IMG/VR virus record: IMGVR_UViG_3300025133_000020
Reading direction: 5' to 3' (one strand)
Length of the DNA: 64,000 nt
Source of the DNA: a virus
Taxonomy: Duplodnaviria > Caudoviricetes
Numbering within the stretch: the stretch's first letter is position 1; each line of letters starts with the position of its first letter. Of this stretch, positions 1 through 7,709 are shown piece after piece. A model generated the notes under the pieces. It had not been told where the DNA came from. It did not search any database and was given only the letters and a program-made list of their open reading frames with translations. Made by a program: the position numbers and the translations under genes.

Positions 1-465
1 TTCTGCTTCTGCCATTTCTTCAACTTCGGTTGCGGCTACAGCTTCTGCTCTTTCTTGTATCTCAGCCATTTCCTCATTGTGGTATTCTTGTCCACCGCAC
101 ATACAAGGGTTTGAACCACATGCGTCACATTTCCATTCACCTTCTGGTTGGCACATACAAGGGTCTTGACCACAGTTTCCACATCCATAATGATTTTCTT
201 CGTGGTGGTATTCTTCCTTATAACTTGGTTTAGGGTTAATGCTGAACAGGTTATCCAAGTTGATACTTGGTAGGTTAAGGTTGATTTCAAATCCACCCCC
301 CATTTGTTCTTGAATCATTTCGTGAGCCTTAATTTCAGCGATAAGCATGAGGGCATCCCCAAACACATCTTTTTGGTCTTCGGGCATGTTTTCGAAGAAA
401 CCACCAGGTCCCAATAAAATCTTACCGTACTCGTCTAATTGTTGTTTTTTTTGTTCTATATCCAT
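1..465 (-). CDS. Acidic protein with two tandem CxxCxxxPCxC metal-binding motifs (3' end runs off the window; not in the ORF track)
   Basis: Manual translation from ATG at 465: MDIEQKKQQLDEYGKILLGPGGFFENMPEDQK...HYGCGNCGQDPCMCQPEGEWKCDACGSNPCMCGGQEYHNEEM..., open to position 1. Confidence 0.75.
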   Translation of the reverse strand, partial: MDIEQKKQQLDEYGKILLGPGGFFENMPEDQKDVFGDALMLIAEIKAHEMIQEQMGGGFEINLNLPSINLDNLFSINPKPSYKEEYHHEENHYGCGNCGQDPCMCQPEGEWKCDACGSNPCMCGGQEYHNEEMAEIQERAEAVAATEVEEMAEAE

Positions 466-493
466 AGTTTTTTAGGTTTAATAATAATAAATA

Positions 494-955
494 TCAGTCT
501 ACGGTGCGAACTATGAAATTATTTTGGAAATTTTTTCTTGGTATCAGGTACCCTTTGGTGTTACTTCCTTGGTCTCCAGAGTGTTCCGAGATAAAGAAGG
601 TGTTTTCGGCTATCAATTCTTTTAGTTTATCGGTTTTGATGTACCATATTTCGTCAAGATATTTGTAATACATAACGAACCAATCGGCTTCTGTGACAGT
701 AATTCCAGAGTCTTTACCTCTTGAGTGGAATTCTATGAACATATTACCAGTGTCGGTATTGAAGTGTTTGGTACAGAATACATCGGTTTTGACTTCGTAT
801 GTTACTTGTTTACCATCCTTCTCCATCAGGATATCGTATCTATAGTCTTTATTATCTGATATGAAGTTAATACCAAAGTTTTTCAGGTCATCCACTATTG
901 TTTGTTCACCATCCTCACCTATTTGAATATCTTCTTGGAAATTGTAGTTAGCCAT
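494..955 (-). CDS. PD-(D/E)XK restriction-endonuclease-like protein
   Basis: YDILMEKDGKQVTYEVKTD (D...ExK), FIEFHSRGKDSGITVTEADW, GYLIP motifs typical of this small phage nuclease family. Confidence 0.6.
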   Translation of the reverse strand: MANYNFQEDIQIGEDGEQTIVDDLKNFGINFISDNKDYRYDILMEKDGKQVTYEVKTDVFCTKHFNTDTGNMFIEFHSRGKDSGITVTEADWFVMYYKYLDEIWYIKTDKLKELIAENTFFISEHSGDQGSNTKGYLIPRKNFQNNFIVRTVD

Positions 956-959
956 ATAT

Positions 960-967
960 CAAATATA
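960..967 (-). promoter_or_regulatory. Bacteroidota sigmaA-type -7 element TATATTTG
   Basis: Matches TAnnTTTG; 4 nt upstream of ATG at 955. Confidence 0.7.
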
Positions 968-1005
968 GGTATAATCTTTTAGTTTGTCAAGTGATATTTA
1001 ATAGT

Positions 1006-1482
1006 ATGAAGAAGCGAGTTATAATGACCGAGGGTCAATTAGAGATGATACAACTACTTGAGGGTGTCGATTACAATATTGAGTCATTTCAAAAGGCTTT
1101 TGATAGGATTGATGTTGAGATTAAGAGATTATGGAATGAGATATCTTTCATATCTATAGCGGATTTAGCTGGGAAAACGGAAGTATTCGAAGACTACCAC
1201 ACCAAATTACAGGGTTTTGATGAACAGTTTTCTAATTTAGATAACCAAAAGGAGGTGTTATTGGATAAGATTGAGGCTGAGAAGGGTTATGAATCTATGA
1301 GTTTGGTTGACAGTCAGATTGATAGAATGGGTGATGGTGTTAGAAGTCGTCAGACCAGTCTTGAGTACTTTGTATATGGGTTCACGAAGAGTGTTTTCCC
1401 TCAAAGTGACTATGATTCGACCATTTGTGACCTTGCCAGTAATGTTATCAAATCGTTCCCTGAACCTAGAGAAATAGGTTAA
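1006..1482 (+). CDS. Hypothetical protein, candidate internal head protein (start MKKRVIMTEGQL)
   Basis: ORF track 991..1482; ATG at 1006 follows late-type motif TATTTAAT at 995..1002. Confidence 0.6.
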   Translation: MKKRVIMTEGQLEMIQLLEGVDYNIESFQKAFDRIDVEIKRLWNEISFISIADLAGKTEVFEDYHTKLQGFDEQFSNLDNQKEVLLDKIEAEKGYESMSLVDSQIDRMGDGVRSRQTSLEYFVYGFTKSVFPQSDYDSTICDLASNVIKSFPEPREIG

Positions 1483-1508
1483 AGTTTGCAATTCTTGATT
1501 AAATTCCC

Positions 1509-1516
1509 TATATTTG
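1509..1516 (+). promoter_or_regulatory. Bacteroidota -7 element TATATTTG
   Basis: TAnnTTTG 4 nt before ATG 1521; TTTG/TTG -33-like element near 1485. Confidence 0.7.
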
Positions 1517-1520
1517 TAAT

Positions 1521-2066
1521 ATGAATAGGTTTTTAATATCATTATTCGTTACGTTAAGTCTAACATTGGGTTCATGTAATCTAATAGGTGATTTCAACGA
1601 CCTTAACGATACGGACGAGTTCACATTTACTGGTTCTTGGGTATTGCGTAGTGGTGATTTGTACATTGAGCGCCATTTCTCACATGAAGTAACTGAGTAT
1701 GACCACTTTGCTGATGGTGATAATAGCAGTTTAAGGGTTGGTGGTGCCACTTACCCTATTGAAACCTTAGTTAGAGACCATACCACATGGACATTTTTCC
1801 CTAACGGCACTATAATTGACGAATTCTGGTTGAATAATGATTCCATACATCCGTATGCGTTGACACAATTTGATTGGAACGATGTTAGCGTGATTGAATA
1901 TCCCGTTGGTACCACACAACTTGGTGGTTCTGCAAGACCTATAACGATGTTAAATTGGGATGGAAGTATTATGAAGGTAATTACACAGGAAACGTTAGCC
2001 TCTATTGATGGTTGGAATGTTACCTACTGGTCTATCTTACGATTTGAGAAGGTCGCTTCTTGGTAG
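1521..2066 (+). CDS. Lipoprotein (lipocalin-like beta protein)
   Basis: Signal peptide MNRFLISLFVTLSLTLGS-C with lipobox, acidic residues after Cys, FTGSWVL strand motif. Confidence 0.7.
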   Translation: MNRFLISLFVTLSLTLGSCNLIGDFNDLNDTDEFTFTGSWVLRSGDLYIERHFSHEVTEYDHFADGDNSSLRVGGATYPIETLVRDHTTWTFFPNGTIIDEFWLNNDSIHPYALTQFDWNDVSVIEYPVGTTQLGGSARPITMLNWDGSIMKVITQETLASIDGWNVTYWSILRFEKVASW

Positions 2067-2337
2067 GTCGTAGTTTTTTCTTACTACCTTTAGTTTCCGT
2101 TAAATAATCAGACATGACCTCAGTTATGATAGCATCATCAACGTTGAAAATATCCTTTAGGTGTTCGAACACTTGTTCTCTAATCCTAATCCTACCATAA
2201 TCAGACACATACATGACATACCCCATATCCAGAACAACACCTCTTTTGAACTTTCGGTTCTTTCGGTCTTTAATCTTATCGATGCTGAACGATTCGTATA
2301 GATATTCCTTAATAAATTGAGTCAATTGCGAATCCAT
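2032..2337 (-). CDS. Hypothetical protein (start MDSQLTQFIKEYLYES)
   Basis: ORF track 2032..2352; ATG at 2337 lies 3 nt after late motif TATTTATT (2341..2348, minus). Confidence 0.55.
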   Translation of the reverse strand: MDSQLTQFIKEYLYESFSIDKIKDRKNRKFKRGVVLDMGYVMYVSDYGRIRIREQVFEHLKDIFNVDDAIITEVMSDYLTETKGSKKKLRPTKKRPSQIVR

Positions 2338-2351
2338 ACAAATAAATATCA

Positions 2352-2744
2352 ATGACCATGGACGAAAAGACCCATATTAACTTCATGGGTATCATGGCTG
2401 AAATGACCGTAATGTATTATGACCATACATTCTGCGCTCATATGTTAAGCAAAAGAGGCTCTCAAGGGTCTTTTGAGGTGTTCTGCGGCAATATCGTGAG
2501 ATATCTGGGTAATGCACCCAATTCACATATTGTAAGCTCTGAGGGCGAAAGTGGGACTCTTATAGTTTGGTTAATGACGGAGCTTGAGGTGGAATACGGG
2601 TTGAATGAAGGGATGGCGGCAGAAATAGTGGTAGGTTTTTTCACCGAACGCTTTTACCGTGATATTTATAATGGACAAAGTATGGTAAATGATTACCTTT
2701 TCCCTAACGGGTATTATAATAGAAGAAACCAAGTTAATTTATAG
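2352..2744 (+). CDS. Hypothetical protein
   Basis: 130 aa ORF abutting thioredoxin. Confidence 0.6.
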   Translation: MTMDEKTHINFMGIMAEMTVMYYDHTFCAHMLSKRGSQGSFEVFCGNIVRYLGNAPNSHIVSSEGESGTLIVWLMTELEVEYGLNEGMAAEIVVGFFTERFYRDIYNGQSMVNDYLFPNGYYNRRNQVNL

Positions 2745-2746
2745 TT

Positions 2747-3049
2747 ATGACAGTAACAGACGCAAACATAGAAGAAACCATCAAGGATGGTATAGTATTA
2801 TTAGACTTTTGGGCTGAATGGTGTGGTCCTTGCCGAATATTGGCACCGATTATATCAGAGATTGAAACTGATAACCCCAACGTAAAGGTTGGTAAGGTAG
2901 ATGTAACCACAGAATCCAGAGCAGCCGCTAAGTTCGGTATAAGAGGAATACCAAAATTGGTATACATGAAGGACGGCAAAGTGGTTCATGAGGCTGTTGG
3001 TGTTCAACCAAAAGGTGTCATCCAAGCAAAATTAAATGAAATTGCTTAA
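2747..3049 (+). CDS. trxA: Thioredoxin
   Basis: LLDFWAEWCGPCR active site, cis-Pro motif GIRGIP. Confidence 0.97.
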   Translation: MTVTDANIEETIKDGIVLLDFWAEWCGPCRILAPIISEIETDNPNVKVGKVDVTTESRAAAKFGIRGIPKLVYMKDGKVVHEAVGVQPKGVIQAKLNEIA

Positions 3050-3059
3050 CTGGGCGTGA

Positions 3060-3067
3060 TATTTATA
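3060..3067 (+). promoter_or_regulatory. Putative phage late promoter TATTTATA
   Basis: Recurrent motif upstream of structural and head-type genes on both strands. Confidence 0.65.
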
Positions 3068-3072
3068 GATGT

Positions 3073-3417
3073 ATGAGTAAGAAAATCATCATAAAGGAAT
3101 CACAGCTTGGTATGGTCTTGACCTATCTAAACGAAGGTGGGTTATATTCTGGTACTGTAGATAAAATCAAACACGACTTAGATTTGAATTACGAGCCACA
3201 GGTGGTCACCAACCGTAAGGGTGGTGAGTATCATGAGGGGGCTGGATTTCGTATCAAAGCGGATAATGAGTTAATCGATGGTAAGGCTTTATTAAGTTAC
3301 TTATTACAGAAGTATGATGATGTTGGAGAAGAGTTCCTAAAGCAGCTTATAAGAGATTGGGCTGATGGGAATATAGAGAACGGGATGTTAACTAAAAACA
3401 TGTCGATGCAGAAATGA
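3073..3417 (+). CDS. Hypothetical protein, candidate internal head protein
   Basis: N-terminus MSKKIIIKESQL...LNEG; late motif upstream. Confidence 0.6.
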   Translation: MSKKIIIKESQLGMVLTYLNEGGLYSGTVDKIKHDLDLNYEPQVVTNRKGGEYHEGAGFRIKADNELIDGKALLSYLLQKYDDVGEEFLKQLIRDWADGNIENGMLTKNMSMQK

Positions 3418-3424
3418 GATAGAG

Positions 3425-3739
3425 ATGAAAGACAAGATAAGGGATATACTGAGGGAAGTTAACGGCAGTGTGGATACCTATCTAGAAGAGAAATTCGAGA
3501 CCAAGATTTTAGAGTCGGTTTCCACCAAGAACAAGAAGAGGGCTGAAGCTTGGCTCACTTACAATCAAGTAATTTTAGAGTTAAAGAACAACGTCAAGGA
3601 CAGTCTTAGAGTCCGAGAGTTACAATACCGATTGACCGATTCCGAGAACCCCAATAAAGTTTGTTTAGATGTACTAGCTGACATTAAGAAGAATAGCCCC
3701 GAATTAGAGCGACTATACTACAAGATAATGAACTTTTAG
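3425..3739 (+). CDS. Hypothetical protein, paralog of 3805..4146
   Basis: ELQYRLTDSENPNKVCLDVL motif shared with the next ORF. Confidence 0.65.
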   Translation: MKDKIRDILREVNGSVDTYLEEKFETKILESVSTKNKKRAEAWLTYNQVILELKNNVKDSLRVRELQYRLTDSENPNKVCLDVLADIKKNSPELERLYYKIMNF

Positions 3740-3804
3740 TAGTCGTTCGACTCATCACATCGCTATTTATAGAGGTATAACAATTCTATTAAAAACACTG
3801 TGCC

Positions 3805-4146
3805 ATGAGGCTAAATGAATTTACAATAGACAACGGTTCTAATGACAATAACAGGTATTTAAACACTACCTACAGACGTTTCCTGATTAATGAAGTAAAT
3901 CCACTTCAAGACGAAAGTAAAATCGAAAGATGGGAAGTATATAACATGATATCAGACGACCTAATAAAGCATGGGTATCTAACTGAATTCGATGAGCTTA
4001 AATATAGATTAAGTGGGCGTGAAAACCCAAATCGGGCAGTGTTGGATATACTGAGCAATATTGAGCGTACTACATTACTTACGACCCTTTATCGTATTGT
4101 TGAGTCCTACGTAGATGAAGATTTTAAGGCTGATTTCGGCTTTTAA
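3805..4146 (+). CDS. Hypothetical protein, paralog of 3425..3739
   Basis: ELKYRLSGRENPNRAVLDIL; late motif TATTTATA at 3764..3771. Confidence 0.65.
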   Translation: MRLNEFTIDNGSNDNNRYLNTTYRRFLINEVNPLQDESKIERWEVYNMISDDLIKHGYLTEFDELKYRLSGRENPNRAVLDILSNIERTTLLTTLYRIVESYVDEDFKADFGF

Positions 4147-4170
4147 TTTGTTTTAGTCAGGAAAAAATGG

Positions 4171-4178
4171 TATATTTG
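4171..4178 (+). promoter_or_regulatory. Bacteroidota -7 element TATATTTG
   Basis: 4 nt before ATG 4183. Confidence 0.7.
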
Positions 4179-4182
4179 GTAA

Positions 4183-5604
4183 ATGGGTAATAAATCCACC
4201 GACAAACGTATCGAGTATCTTATCAAAGAGTTCAATGTTTTTGACATTGATGACGAAGATGAGGTGTTGGGTGAATACGGAGAAGAAGGTTTCGAGAGTA
4301 TTATACAGGTGCAAGACCCTTTGGATGATACTATCATAGCCTATCATTCAGAGAAGTACCGTAACGAACGCTCAACCAAGATGACCAAAAAGGTTTCTGT
4401 TGAGGTTACCTTACTTGGTCGTATGATTGCGGCTGACCCCACCAATAACAAGATGTTCGTGCAGTGGATGCTTAAGGTATTCACCAATATGCTAAAGAAC
4501 GGTAGTGATAATGATGCCATTCGTTTCGCCTGTGAGGATTTGGTTATAGCCAAAGAGTATCTTGAGGTATTCGAAACCAATAAGCGTAAACGGAACTTCA
4601 CCAAGTATTGCAAAGCCAATTTCAATCTTAATCATATCAGGGATTATACTAACATTAACCAGTATAATAACCTATCCGAATTATTTGATGCCGTTGACCC
4701 ATTCGTTGAGAAGGACGTATCTGGTCTTAAACGAGCCATGCAACGATTTGTTGATATGCGTGAGGCTAAGATAACGTTCAAAGACCGACATTTCATGGTG
4801 TATACGCCTTTAACTAAAGAGGCTGCTACGGTATTTCATAAGTTCACCAAGTGGTGTACAGCAATACCATCACAGACCAACTTTAGGCAGTATACCACAC
4901 ACAATAGACCTGATGGTAAACCATCTAAACTGTATGTTATCATACCGACAGACTTATTTGAAGATGTTGACTCCGAATTGTATCAGATACATTTTGAGAC
5001 CAGTCAGTTCATGGATAAATCGGATAGACCAGTAAAATCTCTGGACATATTCCATAAAAGCGAATCACTCAAGGAGTACATTATGAGCGAGTTGAGGGAA
5101 TTGATAGGAATGAGTAGTGGTACCAAAAGTAATACGTATATGAGTTGGTTATACAGGTTTGATATGGGGTACTTACTATTCGAACTTATGGATTACGACC
5201 TGACCAGCTTAAGAGTTAAGGATAAACCCATAGTGAGAATACCCAATACTATCGCCAATTATAATAGGTTGACCAGATTAGCATTAACTGGTTGTAAAAT
5301 CCTATCAGTAGACCCCAGTATTGGTGATTTAGAGAATTTGGAGCTATTGAGTTTGAATAGAAATAGTATATCAAAATTACCAGACACTATAGGTAAGTTG
5401 AAGAATTTAAGGTACCTATCATTAGGTGGAAACCCTATATTCGACTTACCAGAATCAATAAAAGAATTAGACAAATCCAAAGGTGGTAGCCTTGATTGGG
5501 TTAGTGTGGGAAATTCTTTATTAGCTGAGGACTTTAAAACATATTTACCTAATGTAAAGGTAATAGATAACGCAAAATATGAATACTACGATGATGGATT
5601 ATAG
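4183..5604 (+). CDS. Phage domain (WCT...YQxHFExxQFMD) fused to C-terminal leucine-rich repeats
   Basis: About four 23-aa LRRs of LxxLxLxxNxIxxLPxxIgxL type (LELLSLNRNSISKLPDTIGKLKNLRYLSLGGNPIFDLPESI). Confidence 0.8.
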   Translation: MGNKSTDKRIEYLIKEFNVFDIDDEDEVLGEYGEEGFESIIQVQDPLDDTIIAYHSEKYRNERSTKMTKKVSVEVTLLGRMIAADPTNNKMFVQWMLKVFTNMLKNGSDNDAIRFACEDLVIAKEYLEVFETNKRKRNFTKYCKANFNLNHIRDYTNINQYNNLSELFDAVDPFVEKDVSGLKRAMQRFVDMREAKITFKDRHFMVYTPLTKEAATVFHKFTKWCTAIPSQTNFRQYTTHNRPDGKPSKLYVIIPTDLFEDVDSELYQIHFETSQFMDKSDRPVKSLDIFHKSESLKEYIMSELRELIGMSSGTKSNTYMSWLYRFDMGYLLFELMDYDLTSLRVKDKPIVRIPNTIANYNRLTRLALTGCKILSVDPSIGDLENLELLSLNRNSISKLPDTIGKLKNLRYLSLGGNPIFDLPESIKELDKSKGGSLDWVSVGNSLLAEDFKTYLPNVKVIDNAKYEYYDDGL

Positions 5605-5749
5605 ATTAGTGAGTAGCGATGGTGAGACCATTAAAACAATTAGATGTAGACATATACGTGAAGCTACGGTTAGGTTTGCTGAGATGAAAAACCTAAAGGT
5701 CAGAGACCTGCTTAAAATCTTTTCTATAGAATGTGAGGGAAAAAACTGA
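5594..5749 (+). CDS. Small hypothetical protein (51 aa, not in ORF track)
   Basis: Manual translation MDYRLVSSDGETIKTIRCRHIREATVRFAEMKNLKVRDLLKIFSIECEGKN; overlaps the upstream stop. Confidence 0.5.
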   Translation: MDYRLVSSDGETIKTIRCRHIREATVRFAEMKNLKVRDLLKIFSIECEGKN

Positions 5750-5814
5750 CTTTTGCTTGTCTGCTTTATATTTATTTAAAGAAAAATAATTTTAAGCTTA
5801 AAAATTTTCCAGAC

Positions 5815-6021
5815 ATGTCAGATAAGAAAGTAAAAGTAGTTAGACTTAACGAAGAAAAAATAGTCGATATCATTGATAAATTGGCTACAGAAGAAGTAAA
5901 CAAGAGATTAGCAGAACACGCTAAAAGTGAGAAAGCTAAGTTAATTGAGGGTAAAATTCAAACCCTAACAGAGGAACTTAAGACGCTAAAAGGGGTCGAA
6001 GAGGTCAAAGTAAGTAAGTAA
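5815..6021 (+). CDS. Small coiled-coil protein, candidate head protein
   Basis: KVVRLNEEKI motif; late motif TATTTATT at 5769..5776. Confidence 0.6.
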   Translation: MSDKKVKVVRLNEEKIVDIIDKLATEEVNKRLAEHAKSEKAKLIEGKIQTLTEELKTLKGVEEVKVSK

Positions 6022-6037
6022 TTTACTAAACAATATT

Positions 6038-6066
6038 GAAAAGCCGAGGTGTTACCTTGGCTTTTC
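6038..6066 (+). terminator. Intrinsic terminator hairpin
   Basis: gaaaagccgaggt-gtt-accttggcttttc stem with one G-U pair. Confidence 0.75.
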
Positions 6067-6107
6067 GTGTTTTAAAATGCCTGGTTGTTTTACCTATAAA
6101 TTAAGAG

Positions 6108-6115
6108 TATATTTG
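6108..6115 (+). promoter_or_regulatory. Bacteroidota -7 element TATATTTG
   Basis: Followed by A-rich leader acaacaacaaacaa and ATG 6139. Confidence 0.7.
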
Positions 6116-6138
6116 CGGTAACAACAACAAACAATTGA

Positions 6139-6936
6139 ATGACAGACGAGAGAATTATACTCCCTGTTGGTAAAGCTTACCAACGAGTTATCCGTGAACA
6201 AAAGGAAGAAGAAGAAAAAGCTTCGGGAGTAACCCCAATCTGGGAAGGTATCGATAGAGATATATCCAACGCTATTGTCAAACCGATAGAGCGTAGTTTA
6301 GCCAAAGAAATAATTGAAGAGTACGAGTGGTTAGGTTGTATGCCTGCCGTTGCTTATTACTATTTTGGTATCTTCTACGATGGTGTATGTGCTGGTGTAA
6401 CCGTTTTCAGTAAGGATTACATTGAAAACCTAGGGCACTGGGATAAATACCATTACACAGGTAGAATGTTATTGCTTAGTAGAGGGGTTTGTGTCCATTG
6501 GGCGCATCCCCACTCTGGCTCAAAACTAATAATGGAGAGTATAAAGCAATTACCACCAGAATATGACGTTATAACGGTAACGACTGACCAAGCTGCTGGT
6601 GAGATAGGTACAATATACCAAGCTTGCAACTTCACTTACATAGGTAGTATGCGAGAATCCAACCCCAACATAAAGAATACGAAGCCCAAAGGTAGGTTTG
6701 GTGTTAGAATCGTAACTGATAAGTACCCGAACGGTAAAATCTATGGCGCCAGAGCCATGAGAAGTAAAGTAGGTAGTCAGAAGAAAGAAGACATACTGGC
6801 AATGTTCCCAGATGCGGTCTTCGTACCTCAATATAATAAACATAGGTATTTCTACTATCGTGGTAGCAAATCCAATCGTAAATTCCTTAAGAAGCAGATA
6901 GCACATATGATAAAACCTTACCCAAAACGGAGTTAA
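6139..6936 (+). CDS. mom: Mom-like (GNAT-fold) DNA modification protein
   Basis: AKEIIEEYEWLG, FGIFYDGVCAGVTVF, LSRGVCVHW, TDQAAGEIGTIYQACNFTYIG and KHRYFY match Mu Mom family motifs. Confidence 0.7.
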   Translation: MTDERIILPVGKAYQRVIREQKEEEEKASGVTPIWEGIDRDISNAIVKPIERSLAKEIIEEYEWLGCMPAVAYYYFGIFYDGVCAGVTVFSKDYIENLGHWDKYHYTGRMLLLSRGVCVHWAHPHSGSKLIMESIKQLPPEYDVITVTTDQAAGEIGTIYQACNFTYIGSMRESNPNIKNTKPKGRFGVRIVTDKYPNGKIYGARAMRSKVGSQKKEDILAMFPDAVFVPQYNKHRYFYYRGSKSNRKFLKKQIAHMIKPYPKRS

Positions 6937-6962
6937 GGTTTGCTTTTTAACTAAAAAACCCT

Positions 6963-6970
6963 TATATTTG
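6963..6970 (+). promoter_or_regulatory. Bacteroidota -7 element TATATTTG
   Basis: 4 nt before ATG 6975. Confidence 0.7.
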
Positions 6971-6974
6971 TAAG

Positions 6975-7709
6975 ATGGACAAGAAATTAATAGCAATATT
7001 AGCAACAATAGGTGTGGTAGTGGTTATCATATTTTACCTCACCATGGACAATAGAAAGTGTATGGTCAAGCTTGAGAAAAATGTTGAGCGTATAGATAGT
7101 GTGATTACTGCGGGAGTAGCACCAGTTAACTTCGATTACGTATTATCACGCTTCAGATTATATAATTACGAAACTGATACCAGTACCGTTAATACGTTCC
7201 TACGTGTAGTGGACTATTTTGGTTTGAATGAGAATGATGAGGTGTTGGAGTGGTTAGTAGGTCAATTATGTCTTGAGAGTGGGGCTAGGCAGTTTTATAT
7301 GTCAGACCATAGAAAACATGGTCAAGTGGTCAGAGGTTCTTCGGGTGAGGTAGGTATCACACAGATAATGCCAGCAACCGCCATTGGTTACCTTAGAAAC
7401 CATGTTAGTGACCCAGAGGAACTATATGCGTTAGGTGCCACGGACTTCTCGTTTGTAGATACACCTAAGAAGCGTAGAACTAACGTTATCAAGTGGTTAT
7501 CCAACCCAACCAATAATATAATATTGTGGGGATTGATGACCAGAGATAATCTTCAAGAGCATGGAATATTAAAGGGTCTGGTAGCCTATAATGCAGGTGT
7601 TGGTGGTATGAAACGCTTTGTTAAGCGTAAACAACCGCACGAGCATTCGTATATTCGACATATCAAAGATACGTTGGTAGATATAAGCGAAATGTTGGGA
7701 GAGGCTTAG
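6975..7709 (+). CDS. Membrane-anchored lytic transglycosylase (SLT family)
   Basis: N-terminal TM helix; catalytic LES, GITQIMPATA, and AYNAG motifs. Confidence 0.85.
   Translation: MDKKLIAILATIGVVVVIIFYLTMDNRKCMVKLEKNVERIDSVITAGVAPVNFDYVLSRFRLYNYETDTSTVNTFLRVVDYFGLNENDEVLEWLVGQLCLESGARQFYMSDHRKHGQVVRGSSGEVGITQIMPATAIGYLRNHVSDPEELYALGATDFSFVDTPKKRRTNVIKWLSNPTNNIILWGLMTRDNLQEHGILKGLVAYNAGVGGMKRFVKRKQPHEHSYIRHIKDTLVDISEMLGEA

Noticed and set aside
30-296. ORF-track calls 30..233 (+) and 36..296 (-)
   Set aside because: Shadows of the longer minus-strand gene starting at 465.
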